Assembly (NCBI GenBank): GCA_024398595.1
Contig: JAKSIX010000001.1
Location: forward strand, 9,873-73,872
Direction of reading: 5' to 3'
Source of the DNA: Bacteroidaceae bacterium
GTDB lineage: Bacteria > Bacteroidota > Bacteroidia > Bacteroidales > Bacteroidaceae
DNA: 64,000 bases
Shown: one piece after another, positions 20,745 to 28,525 of the stretch
How positions within the stretch are numbered: the first letter of the stretch is position 1
Layout of the letters: each line of letters begins with the position of its first letter
Notes under the pieces: model-generated
What the model was told of the DNA's origin: nothing
What the model saw: only the letters and a program-made list of their open reading frames with translations
The model's database searches: none
Program-made: the position numbers and the translations under genes

Positions 20745-20773
20745 GTAGAGGTCGTACAGGGATATTACGGAAT

Positions 20774-22606
20774 ATGGGTGATTACGGTTTCATCAGAATT
20801 GCCGCTTGCATACCGGAAGTAAAGGTCGGAAGACCCGCCGGCAACGCGGCTGAAATAGTCCGTCAGGCAAAATCCGCAGCAGCTGAGGGCGCACGTATTA
20901 TCTGCTTTCCGGAGTTGTGTCTGACCGGCTGCACACTCGGAGACCTGACTGTCAGCCGTCTTATTCTGAAAGAATCCCTCAATGCACTGTCATACATCAG
21001 AGACCACAGCAGCGATACAGGCATAATAATAAATGCGGGACTTCCCATAGAATACAACGGGAACATCTATGATGCGACCGCCACGATTGCAGACGGCCGC
21101 ATCTTTGGAATCACACTCCACAGCAATCCTGCGGACAAGCGTCATTTTTCACAGGCAGGACATATCTGCGGCACTGCCCGTATCTGCGGGGATGAAACTG
21201 CCATATCGGACTGTCCCATATTCAAGCTGGCAGATGCGACATTCGCCATTCAGCCGGCCGGGCTTGCCTCCAATACCGGAGCAGACATAATATTGCATCC
21301 ATCCTGCTATCCGGAAATTGCAGGCAGGACGGCAGAACTGCGTACGATGGTGCGTCAGCGTTCCGCAGACTCCATATCAGCAATTGTCCTGACATCGGCC
21401 GGAAACGGTGAATCAACGACCGACAACCTGTTTGCCGGTCACGCAATCATTGCCGAAGATGGGGAGATAATCTGTGAAAAGCATTTTGAGAACGGCACAC
21501 TGATAGCCGACATCGACATAGAACTGCTCCGCAACAGACGGCCGGATAACCGCATGGCAACGGCCGGAAATATCATTGACATTACAGGAATCCCGCAGAC
21601 TGACAGCGGCGATGATATTCTGTACCGTACCGTCAGCCCGAATCCATTCCAATACTGCGACGAGGTCTTTGCCGACACATTCCGCATACAGACCGGAGGA
21701 CTGGCCACGCGCCTCAGACAAACTGGCATAAGCAGGGTCGTGATAGGCATATCCGGCGGACTTGACTCCACACTTGCGCTTCTGGTATGCGTGAAGGTTT
21801 TTGACCGGATGGGCTTGGACAGAAAACTCATCACAGGTATCACTATGCCCGGATTCGGCACTACAGGCCGTACATATACAAATGCCGTAGGAATGATGCG
21901 TTCATTAGGCATAGACTGGCGCGAGATAAGCATCAGAGAAGCGAGTCTGCTTCATCTCAAGGACATAGGTCACGACATAGACATACACGATTCCGCATAC
22001 GAGAACACCCAGGCACGGGAGCGCACACAGATTCTTATGGATGTAGCCAACGGAATAGGGGCTGTAGTTGTCGGGACAGGCGACCTGTCGGAACTGGCCA
22101 TAGGATGGTGCACCTACAATGGAGACCATATGTCAATGTACGCTGTCAATGCCGGAGTTCCCAAGACACTGATACCGGGAATCATCCGATATGCCGCAGA
22201 ATCAGAACAGTTTTCAGCCGCAAAAGCGAACCTGCTGGATGTCATTGACACCCCTATCACTCCAGAGCTGCTCCCATCCGACAGTAACGGCAGAATCGTA
22301 CAGAAAACCGAGGATATAATAGGCCCTTACGAGCTTCACGATTTCTTCCTCTATCATACCGTAAAGAACGGCTTTACACCAGCCAAGATACTATATCTCG
22401 CCATACACGCATTTGACGGCAAATACGAAGAGACTGTCATACGCAAGTGGCTGACACTGTTCCTCAAACGCTTCTTCACCAACCAGTTCAAGCGTTCCTG
22501 TATGCCAGACGGTCCGGCCACCGGCCCCGTAAGCCTGTCACCACGCGGAGGCTGGCAGATGCCAAGCGACATATCGTCCGCAGCCTGGCTGGAATCACTC
22601 GGATAA
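20774..22606 (+). CDS. nadE: Glutamine-dependent NAD+ synthetase
   Basis: N-terminal CN-hydrolase domain (ICFPELCLTGC). C-terminal NAD synthetase PP-loop GISGGLDSTL. Confidence 0.9.
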   Translation: MGDYGFIRIAACIPEVKVGRPAGNAAEIVRQAKSAAAEGARIICFPELCLTGCTLGDLTVSRLILKESLNALSYIRDHSSDTGIIINAGLPIEYNGNIYDATATIADGRIFGITLHSNPADKRHFSQAGHICGTARICGDETAISDCPIFKLADATFAIQPAGLASNTGADIILHPSCYPEIAGRTAELRTMVRQRSADSISAIVLTSAGNGESTTDNLFAGHAIIAEDGEIICEKHFENGTLIADIDIELLRNRRPDNRMATAGNIIDITGIPQTDSGDDILYRTVSPNPFQYCDEVFADTFRIQTGGLATRLRQTGISRVVIGISGGLDSTLALLVCVKVFDRMGLDRKLITGITMPGFGTTGRTYTNAVGMMRSLGIDWREISIREASLLHLKDIGHDIDIHDSAYENTQARERTQILMDVANGIGAVVVGTGDLSELAIGWCTYNGDHMSMYAVNAGVPKTLIPGIIRYAAESEQFSAAKANLLDVIDTPITPELLPSDSNGRIVQKTEDIIGPYELHDFFLYHTVKNGFTPAKILYLAIHAFDGKYEETVIRKWLTLFLKRFFTNQFKRSCMPDGPATGPVSLSPRGGWQMPSDISSAAWLESLG

Positions 22607-22632
22607 ATTGGATATTTCGTCCTGCTACCCTA

Positions 22633-23433
22633 ATGGGAAAATTCAATAATAAGACAGTATGGATAACCGGTGCCTCATCAGGCATAGGAGAGGCCGTAGC
22701 ATACCGTCTGGCACAGGAGGGAGCGCGGCTTATCCTAACTTCCCGCACCAGAGAAGCACTTGAATCCGTGGCAGGCAAATGCAAATTGTCCGGAGCACCG
22801 GAAGTAAGAATTCTTCCCTACGACTTATCCGACACTGGCAATTTGGACAATCTCGCCGACACCGCCTGGCAGATGTTCGGCAGGATAGACATACTGTTCA
22901 ACAATGCAGGGATAAGCCAACGCAGTCTGGCAACCGAGACTGACGTGTCTGTAATACGTAAAATTATGGACATCAACTTTATGGCGCCCGTCATCCTCAC
23001 AAAGAGAATACTTCCCAGTATGATTGGTCAGGGAGGCGGCAATATCGCCGTAACCAGTAGCATCAATGGTCTGTTCGGTTTTCCATTGCGTTGCGCATAC
23101 TCGTCGTCCAAACACGCATTGTACGGATTTTTTGAAACAGTCAGAGCTGAATATCACGATACAGGAATACGTGTCACGATAGTCTGCCCCGGACGTGTAC
23201 GCACCAACATATCCATGAATGCCATAGATGCCAATGGCCTGCCACACGGCAAGATGGACTCAGGACAGGCCGGAGGCATATCGCCACAGAAAGCGGCAGA
23301 CAAGATAGTGAATGCCATCTATCGCGGAAAGCCAGAGGTCCTTGTAGGTGGGAAAGAGCTTATAATGGTATATATAAAGAGACTGTTTCCACGGCTTTGC
23401 GACCTCCTGTCAAGAAAAGTCAGTCCCACATAA
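22633..23433 (+). CDS. SDR family oxidoreductase
   Basis: Start trimmed to the ATG at 22633 (MGKFNNKTVWITGASSGIGEA, the TGxxxGxG motif). Active site YSSSKHAL (YxxxK). Confidence 0.85.
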   Translation: MGKFNNKTVWITGASSGIGEAVAYRLAQEGARLILTSRTREALESVAGKCKLSGAPEVRILPYDLSDTGNLDNLADTAWQMFGRIDILFNNAGISQRSLATETDVSVIRKIMDINFMAPVILTKRILPSMIGQGGGNIAVTSSINGLFGFPLRCAYSSSKHALYGFFETVRAEYHDTGIRVTIVCPGRVRTNISMNAIDANGLPHGKMDSGQAGGISPQKAADKIVNAIYRGKPEVLVGGKELIMVYIKRLFPRLCDLLSRKVSPT

Positions 23434-23438
23434 ATTTG
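23431..23438 (+). promoter_or_regulatory. Candidate -7 box (TAnnTTTG) for the MarR gene
   Basis: TAAATTTG lies 56 nt upstream of the ATG at 23494. Confidence 0.3.
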
Positions 23439-23493
23439 CAGGAATCGCTAATTTTCCCTACATTGCACTGTCATTATAACATATAGTATCGAA

Positions 23494-23922
23494 ATGCTAC
23501 TATCCAAGGAAATCGCAGTCTATCTGAATCTTTCGGCCTGCAAGCTGAAGCAATATACGGCAGCTATCCTACGACAGAACAATGTAGGACTCACCCCCGA
23601 GCAGTTTCTGCTCATTGACCTGTTATGGAACCAAGGTTCAATGACACAGCAGCAGATGGCCGATGCCATGCACAAGGACAAGAACTCCATCACCAAACTT
23701 GTCGATGCACTTGAAAAGAAAGGACTTGTAATCCGTCAGCAGGACAAGACCGACAGGCGTTCAAACAGACTGCTGCTCACTCCAGCCGCCGAGGAAATGA
23801 AATCCGGTGCCAAGGAATGTGGCATTTCGATGCTTGACAGCATACTTTCAGGCATTGACGAGGACGAATTGCGCAGTTTCCTGACTACGCTCGGCAAGAT
23901 AACGGACAATATGAGCAGGTGA
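23494..23922 (+). CDS. MarR family transcriptional regulator
   Basis: 142 aa. Winged-helix segment GSMTQQQMADAMHKDKNSITKLVDALEKKGLVIRQQDKTDRRSNRLLLT. Confidence 0.8.
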   Translation: MLLSKEIAVYLNLSACKLKQYTAAILRQNNVGLTPEQFLLIDLLWNQGSMTQQQMADAMHKDKNSITKLVDALEKKGLVIRQQDKTDRRSNRLLLTPAAEEMKSGAKECGISMLDSILSGIDEDELRSFLTTLGKITDNMSR

Positions 23923-23933
23923 CAGGTTTACTG

Positions 23934-25007
23934 CTAAGACACCTTTTCACGCATGGCAAGCCCCATCATCCTGAAAAGGAAACGCGGCAGCCTTTTCTCC
24001 GGATCTCTCTTTTTCATATTAAGATACCACCCTATTTTCTTTACAATAGGAATGCGGTGTGTCTCAACGAACTCCAGCAAAGTTCCATCGGGATCCTCAA
24101 TATACGTGAAATGTCCTGACGCATCGCCCATATCAAACTCCGTATCACCAGGACAGCTGTCAACCGTAAACGGATAGCCTTTCTTCTCGCAGAAACGTCC
24201 GAATGCACGTATGCCTGTCACGTCAAAACAGACCTGAATGAACCCGGGATCGCCCCAATAACGTCCCTCGTATATCTTTCTTGGAGTACGTTCCAAGGCC
24301 TGTACCAATTCAATTGAACTGCTGATAAAAAAACCGGAGAAAGCGCCCTTGCGCGGTTTCGATGTGGTCAGCAGCACCCTACGGAAATTCTGTTCTCCTG
24401 CAGGAAGCATGCCCCAGTCATCGGATTTCCCCGAATAATCATATACAACCTTGTCATATCCAAGTATCCCGCTATAGAATCTGACAGAGCTGTCAATATC
24501 ACTCACACCTATCACAGCACCTTCCACGCCCCCGGTCAGGCGATGCTGCTCAATGAAGACACCGCCGGTCTCTACAATCTGGAAATAATTTCCATACAGG
24601 TCTTTCACGAAAAAGCACACCGTCCCGTCCGGTAATACCGACAATGGCCCCACGTCATGCCATTTGGCTGATATCTCAGCGTGAAAGGCCATCGCGTCAC
24701 GACACTTTATCTTCGTCGCGAAAATGCCGAGATCTCCCACAGATATATCAAAATCGCAGTTCTTAGGCTCACGTTCTGAATATTGCCACACCTCCAATCC
24801 GCCACCGCCCTGAAGACTTACCGTAACACAGGCGTGACGCTTCTGCGGGACTCCACCGGTATAGCGCAGCATCCTCTCCGCCACAGTATTGTCCTCAAGC
24901 ACCCGTATATCAATCCCGAACATCTCAATATACCAGTTCCAAGACTTGCGGAAATCAGTCGTACCAACGCCAACCTGCTGAATACCAGCAATCAGAAAGT
25001 TATCCAT
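23934..25007 (-). CDS. VOC (glyoxalase/bleomycin-resistance/dioxygenase) family protein, multi-domain
   Basis: Start trimmed to the ATG at 25007 (MDNFLIAGIQQVGVGT). Repeated VOC-like beta-alpha-beta modules (GLEVWQY, DLYGNYFQIVE, DPDGTLLEFVE). The longer ORF-track N-terminus runs into a repeat element. Confidence 0.7.
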   Translation of the reverse strand: MDNFLIAGIQQVGVGTTDFRKSWNWYIEMFGIDIRVLEDNTVAERMLRYTGGVPQKRHACVTVSLQGGGGLEVWQYSEREPKNCDFDISVGDLGIFATKIKCRDAMAFHAEISAKWHDVGPLSVLPDGTVCFFVKDLYGNYFQIVETGGVFIEQHRLTGGVEGAVIGVSDIDSSVRFYSGILGYDKVVYDYSGKSDDWGMLPAGEQNFRRVLLTTSKPRKGAFSGFFISSSIELVQALERTPRKIYEGRYWGDPGFIQVCFDVTGIRAFGRFCEKKGYPFTVDSCPGDTEFDMGDASGHFTYIEDPDGTLLEFVETHRIPIVKKIGWYLNMKKRDPEKRLPRFLFRMMGLAMREKVS

Positions 25008-25044
25008 AACACTTACAAAGTATAGTTCACGCACAATAGCTCCG

Positions 25045-25052
25045 CAAATATA
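25045..25052 (-). promoter_or_regulatory. Candidate -7 box (TAnnTTTG on the minus strand) for the VOC gene
   Basis: CAAATATA on the plus strand equals TATATTTG on the minus strand, 38 nt upstream of the ATG at 25007. Confidence 0.35.
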
Positions 25053-25131
25053 GTAAAAGGTTATACTATATCCGCTTTTATTGACAACATTTTTACCATT
25101 CAAGAATATAGCCTTGAAATCAGCAGGATAA

Positions 25132-25180
25132 TAATCTGTTTTGAAATGTTCCAATTAATCGAACATTTCAAAAGAGATTC
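25132..25180 (+). repeat. Arms-only (49-bp) derivative of the 164-bp hairpin element
   Basis: tAATCTGTTTTGAAATGTTCCAATTAATCGAACATTTCAAAAGAGATTC is the left arm joined directly to the right arm of the full element. Perfect 13-bp stem 25139-25151/25161-25173 with a 9-nt loop. TAA on both sides (25129-25131 and 25181-25183). Confidence 0.85.
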
Positions 25181-25183
25181 TAA

Positions 25184-25347
25184 GAAGTTGTTTAAATTTG
25201 TTCGATTAAAAATTTTATGAAGGATTTTCGAGATGAAAAATCCGCTTGTTTGAAGGAGTGATGGGGTTCCATCATGACTGAAAAGAAACGGATTTTCAGC
25301 CGGAAAGACTTTATAAAAGATTAATTGGAATAAATTTAAACAGCTTC
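25184..25347 (+). repeat. Long-hairpin intergenic element, copy 1 (MITE/Correia-like)
   Basis: Near-identical to 28265-28427 and 38915-39078. Terminal inverted arms GAAGTTGTTTAAATTTGTTCGATTAA / TTAATTGGAATAAATTTAAACAGCTTC. Flanked by TAA on both sides. Its last base plus the flanking TA form the uvrA stop codon. Confidence 0.9.
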
Positions 25348-28196
25348 TAATATATGTCAGTGAAATATCTGGACCGCAAAACGCGTCCTGTATAAGATTC
25401 AGCACAAGCCGCCACCTGTTCCGGTGTACCACAGACTACCACATTGCCACCCTTATCACCACCTTCAGGCCCCAAATCTATCACATGGTCGGCACACTTT
25501 ATCACCTCCATATTGTGTTCAATGACAATTACCGTATGCCCGCGCCGTATAAGTGCATTGAAGGCATCAAGCAGCTTGCGTATATCGTGGAAATGGAGCC
25601 CCGTGGTAGGCTCATCGAATATGAATACAGTCGGTTCGGTCTTTTCTATACTCAGATAATACGCCAGTTTCACGCGCTGACTCTCGCCACCCGACAATGT
25701 CGATGATGACTGCCCGAGTTTGACATAGCCCAGTCCAACCTGCTGCAACGGGCGCAGACGGCGGACAATACGCTTTTCCTCCGCACCGTCGGACTCCCCG
25801 AAGAACTCTATCGCCTGATTGACCGTCATTTCCAATATGTCCCAGATATTCCTGTCCCGGTATGTCACATCCAGAACATCCTTCTTGAAGCGTTTGCCAT
25901 GACAGCTCTCACATTCCAGCACCAGATCGGACATAAATTGCATTGACACGACAGTAGTTCCCTCCCCCTTGCATTCCTCACAGCGTCCGCCCTCCGAATT
26001 GAAAGAGAAATGGGTAGCCTTGAATCCCATCTGGCGTGATACCTGCTGGTCTGCGAACAGTTTCCTTATCTCATCGTACGCCTTGACGTATGTGACAGGA
26101 TTGGAACGCGAAGACCTGCCTATAGGATTCTGATCCACAAACTCCACGCCCGACACCATACGCAGGTCACCATCTATAGAGCGGAATTCACCCGGCCGTT
26201 CTCCGACTTCATCGTAAAGCCTCTTCAGACCGAGATACAGCACATCACGCACCAGAGTACTCTTGCCGGAACCGCTCACACCAGTAACCACGGTCAGCAC
26301 ATTCAGCGGGAATTTCACATCTATGCAGCGCAGGTTATTGTGACAGGCGCCCTTGACTTCTATATAATTGTTCCACGGCCGTCTGGAAGAAGGCAGCGGT
26401 ATCTGCTCCCTACCGCTGAGATACCCGGCGGTATAGCCCACACCACTCGCACAGATTTCATCGGGCGAGCCCATACTGACTATCTCTCCCCCATTCCGAC
26501 CGGCTTCCGGCCCCACATCTATGACCACATCCGCAGCACGGATAATATCCTCATCGTGCTCCACAACAATCACGGTGTTGCCAATCTGCTGCAACTGCCT
26601 CAAGACTGCCGTAAGACGGGCCGTATCGCGGCTGTGAAGTCCTATGCTCGGTTCGTCCAATACATACAGTGAGCCCACCAGACTGCTCCCTAAGGATGTG
26701 ACCAGATTGATACGCTGGCTCTCACCGCCCGACAGGGTATTGCTCAGCCTGTTCAGAGTCAGATACTCCAGCCCTACATCTATCAGCAAATCTATGCGAT
26801 GCCTTATCTCGTGCAACAGACGCTCAGCAGTCAGAGCATCATATTCATCCAGTTCCAGAGTATCAAAGAATGATTTCAGTTCCAATATCGGCAAATCCAC
26901 CAGATCCAATATGGACTTGCCACCAACCTTGACATACGATGCCTCCTTGCGCAGTCTCTTGCCATGGCATTCCGGGCAAACGGTCTTTCCGCGATAGCGT
27001 GCCAGCATCACTCTGTTCTGAATCTTGTACTGATTATGCTCCAGCATTCTGAAGAAATTGTCAATACAGCACTCCGGCCATTCCTCACCGTTGACGGTTA
27101 TAGTCTTGCCTGTGCCGTGCCACAGATAATCCTTCTCCTGCTGTGTCAGCTGGTAATAAGGGGTGAATATCGGAAATCCGTGCTTCTCTGCCTCCAGAAT
27201 GAAATAGTTGAGCCATTCGCCGAGCTTATCTCCACGCCAGCATACAACCGCCCCGTCATACACGCTCAGACTCTTGTCCGGGACGACAAGTTCCTCGTCT
27301 ATACCGACAATGCGTCCGAATCCTTCACATACAGGGCACGCCCCCATCGGCGAATTGAACGAGAACAGCTTGTCCGACGGCTCCTCAAACTTTATGCCGT
27401 CCGCCTCGAAATGGTAGCTGAATGTCTTCAGCGTAGTTTCCGGACAATCATATATACGCAGCATACATACGCCCTTGCCCTCGTAGAAAGCCGTTTCCGC
27501 AGAATCAGCCAGACGGTCAGTCACTTCCTGAGAGACGTCAGCCGAAAGCCTGTCAATAAGCAGGCATACGGGACTCGCGTCATTCTCCACCTCCTTCAGA
27601 CGGTGTCCGTCCTTCAGCACATCCTCTATGCGGATGAATTCGCCGTTACAGTCAAGTCTCGTGAAACCCTCCTTCATACAAGTCTCCAACTGTTCGCGGA
27701 AAGTACGTCCTCCCGAAACCTGCAATGGTGCAATCAAGGCAATACGGGTACCCTTTGGCAACTCACATACGCACTGAATCAGATCCTCCGTACTGTGCTT
27801 TCTCACAATATCGCCGCTGACCGGAGAATATGTCCTGCCTATACGCGCGAACAGAAGCCTCATATAATCGTATATTTCGGTAGATGTGCCTACCGTAGAT
27901 CTTGAATTCCGCGTAGTGACTTTCTGTTCGATGGCTATTGTGGGAGGCAGGCCGGCAATAGAGTCGCACTCCGGTTTTTTCATACGTCCCAGAAACTGAC
28001 GCGCATACGATGACAGGGACTCTACATAGCGCCGCTGTCCTTCCGCATACAGAGTGTCAAACGCAAGCGATGACTTGCCGGATCCTGACAGTCCCGTAAT
28101 AACGATGAACCTGTCACGCGGAATATCCAGCGAGACACCCTTCAGATTGTTGACTCTGGCATTCCGTATCTCAATGAGCCCGTCAGTATCACCCAT
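25347..28196 (-). CDS. uvrA: Excinuclease ABC subunit UvrA
   Basis: Two ABC modules (Walker A GLSGSGKSS and GVSGSGKST; signature LSGGESQR twice). Zinc modules CPVCEGFG, CPECHGKR, CEECKGEG and CESCHGKRF. The ORF-track start at 28226 is a TTG, so I trimmed to the ATG at 28196 (MGDTDGLIEIRNARVNNLKG). Confidence 0.93.
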   Translation of the reverse strand: MGDTDGLIEIRNARVNNLKGVSLDIPRDRFIVITGLSGSGKSSLAFDTLYAEGQRRYVESLSSYARQFLGRMKKPECDSIAGLPPTIAIEQKVTTRNSRSTVGTSTEIYDYMRLLFARIGRTYSPVSGDIVRKHSTEDLIQCVCELPKGTRIALIAPLQVSGGRTFREQLETCMKEGFTRLDCNGEFIRIEDVLKDGHRLKEVENDASPVCLLIDRLSADVSQEVTDRLADSAETAFYEGKGVCMLRIYDCPETTLKTFSYHFEADGIKFEEPSDKLFSFNSPMGACPVCEGFGRIVGIDEELVVPDKSLSVYDGAVVCWRGDKLGEWLNYFILEAEKHGFPIFTPYYQLTQQEKDYLWHGTGKTITVNGEEWPECCIDNFFRMLEHNQYKIQNRVMLARYRGKTVCPECHGKRLRKEASYVKVGGKSILDLVDLPILELKSFFDTLELDEYDALTAERLLHEIRHRIDLLIDVGLEYLTLNRLSNTLSGGESQRINLVTSLGSSLVGSLYVLDEPSIGLHSRDTARLTAVLRQLQQIGNTVIVVEHDEDIIRAADVVIDVGPEAGRNGGEIVSMGSPDEICASGVGYTAGYLSGREQIPLPSSRRPWNNYIEVKGACHNNLRCIDVKFPLNVLTVVTGVSGSGKSTLVRDVLYLGLKRLYDEVGERPGEFRSIDGDLRMVSGVEFVDQNPIGRSSRSNPVTYVKAYDEIRKLFADQQVSRQMGFKATHFSFNSEGGRCEECKGEGTTVVSMQFMSDLVLECESCHGKRFKKDVLDVTYRDRNIWDILEMTVNQAIEFFGESDGAEEKRIVRRLRPLQQVGLGYVKLGQSSSTLSGGESQRVKLAYYLSIEKTEPTVFIFDEPTTGLHFHDIRKLLDAFNALIRRGHTVIVIEHNMEVIKCADHVIDLGPEGGDKGGNVVVCGTPEQVAACAESYTGRVLRSRYFTDIY

Positions 28197-28223
28197 AATT
28201 CCGTATCTTGCGTTTGAATCGCG

Positions 28224-28231
28224 CAAATTTA
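28224..28231 (-). promoter_or_regulatory. Candidate -7 box (TAnnTTTG on the minus strand) for uvrA
   Basis: CAAATTTA on the plus strand equals TAAATTTG on the minus strand, 28 nt upstream of the ATG at 28196. Element copy 2 begins about 31 nt further upstream. Confidence 0.4.
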
Positions 28232-28264
28232 CTCAAAAATCTGCTCATGTCATAAGGACATTAA

Positions 28265-28427
28265 GAAGCTGTTTTGAAATGTCCGATTAAAAATTTTATG
28301 AAGGATTTTTGAGATGAGAATCCGCTTGTTTGAAGGAGTGATGGGGTTCCATCATGACTGAAAAGAAACGGATTTTCAGCCGGAAAGACTTTATAAAAGA
28401 TTAATTGGAACATTTCAAAACAGATTC
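28265..28427 (+). repeat. Long-hairpin intergenic element, copy 2
   Basis: Same core as copies 1 and 3. Arms GAAGCTGTTTTGAAATGTCCGATTAA / TTAATTGGAACATTTCAAAACAGATTC. TAA at 28262-28264 and 28428-28430. Sits in the divergent uvrA / ABC-importer promoter region. Confidence 0.9.
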
Positions 28428-28496
28428 TAAAGCCAAATGTCCGGGAGGTGACGGATGAACGGAACCTGTTCCCTGTTCACCTTAAGTTATTTTTAC

Positions 28497-28504
28497 TATC
28501 TTTG
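28497..28504 (+). promoter_or_regulatory. Candidate -7 box (TAnnTTTG) for the fused ABC importer gene
   Basis: TATCTTTG lies 22 nt upstream of the ATG at 28526. Confidence 0.4.
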
Positions 28505-28525
28505 CCGTGATATAGACACAAACTT

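Noticed and set aside
22447-22632. N-terminal extensions in the ORF track: SDR 22447-22632, SBP 55522-55755, chromate transporter 2499-2588, VOC 25008-25154, TolC 61819-61935 and HlyD 60297-60353
   Set aside because: Each extension overlaps the preceding gene or a repeat and lacks signal-peptide logic. An internal ATG gives a proper signal peptide or cofactor motif at the N-terminus, often with a TAnnTTTG box just upstream.
25217-25261. Mini-ORF MKDFRDEKSACLKE inside the element, followed by an AAGGAG-ATG mini-ORF (MGFHHD)
   Set aside because: Copy 2 has TTTTTGAG, which gives a stop after 4 codons. Copies 2 and 3 also carry a 1-nt length difference in this stretch, so the frame is not conserved. 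Bacteroidetes also do not rely on Shine-Dalgarno sequences. I treat this as structural rather than coding sequence.
25100-25432. 110-aa minus-strand ORF spanning the tandem repeat elements and the 3' end of uvrA
   Set aside because: It reads straight through non-coding palindromic repeats. The equivalent frames in copies 2 and 3 are not preserved.
26964-27905. 313-aa ORF on the plus strand inside uvrA
   Set aside because: It is antisense to a gene with unambiguous UvrA motifs. I saw no motifs of its own and treat it as a shadow ORF.
28197-28226. Ten-codon N-terminal extension of uvrA in the ORF track
   Set aside because: It starts at a TTG that overlaps the candidate -7 box. The ATG at 28196 gives a canonical UvrA N-terminus.
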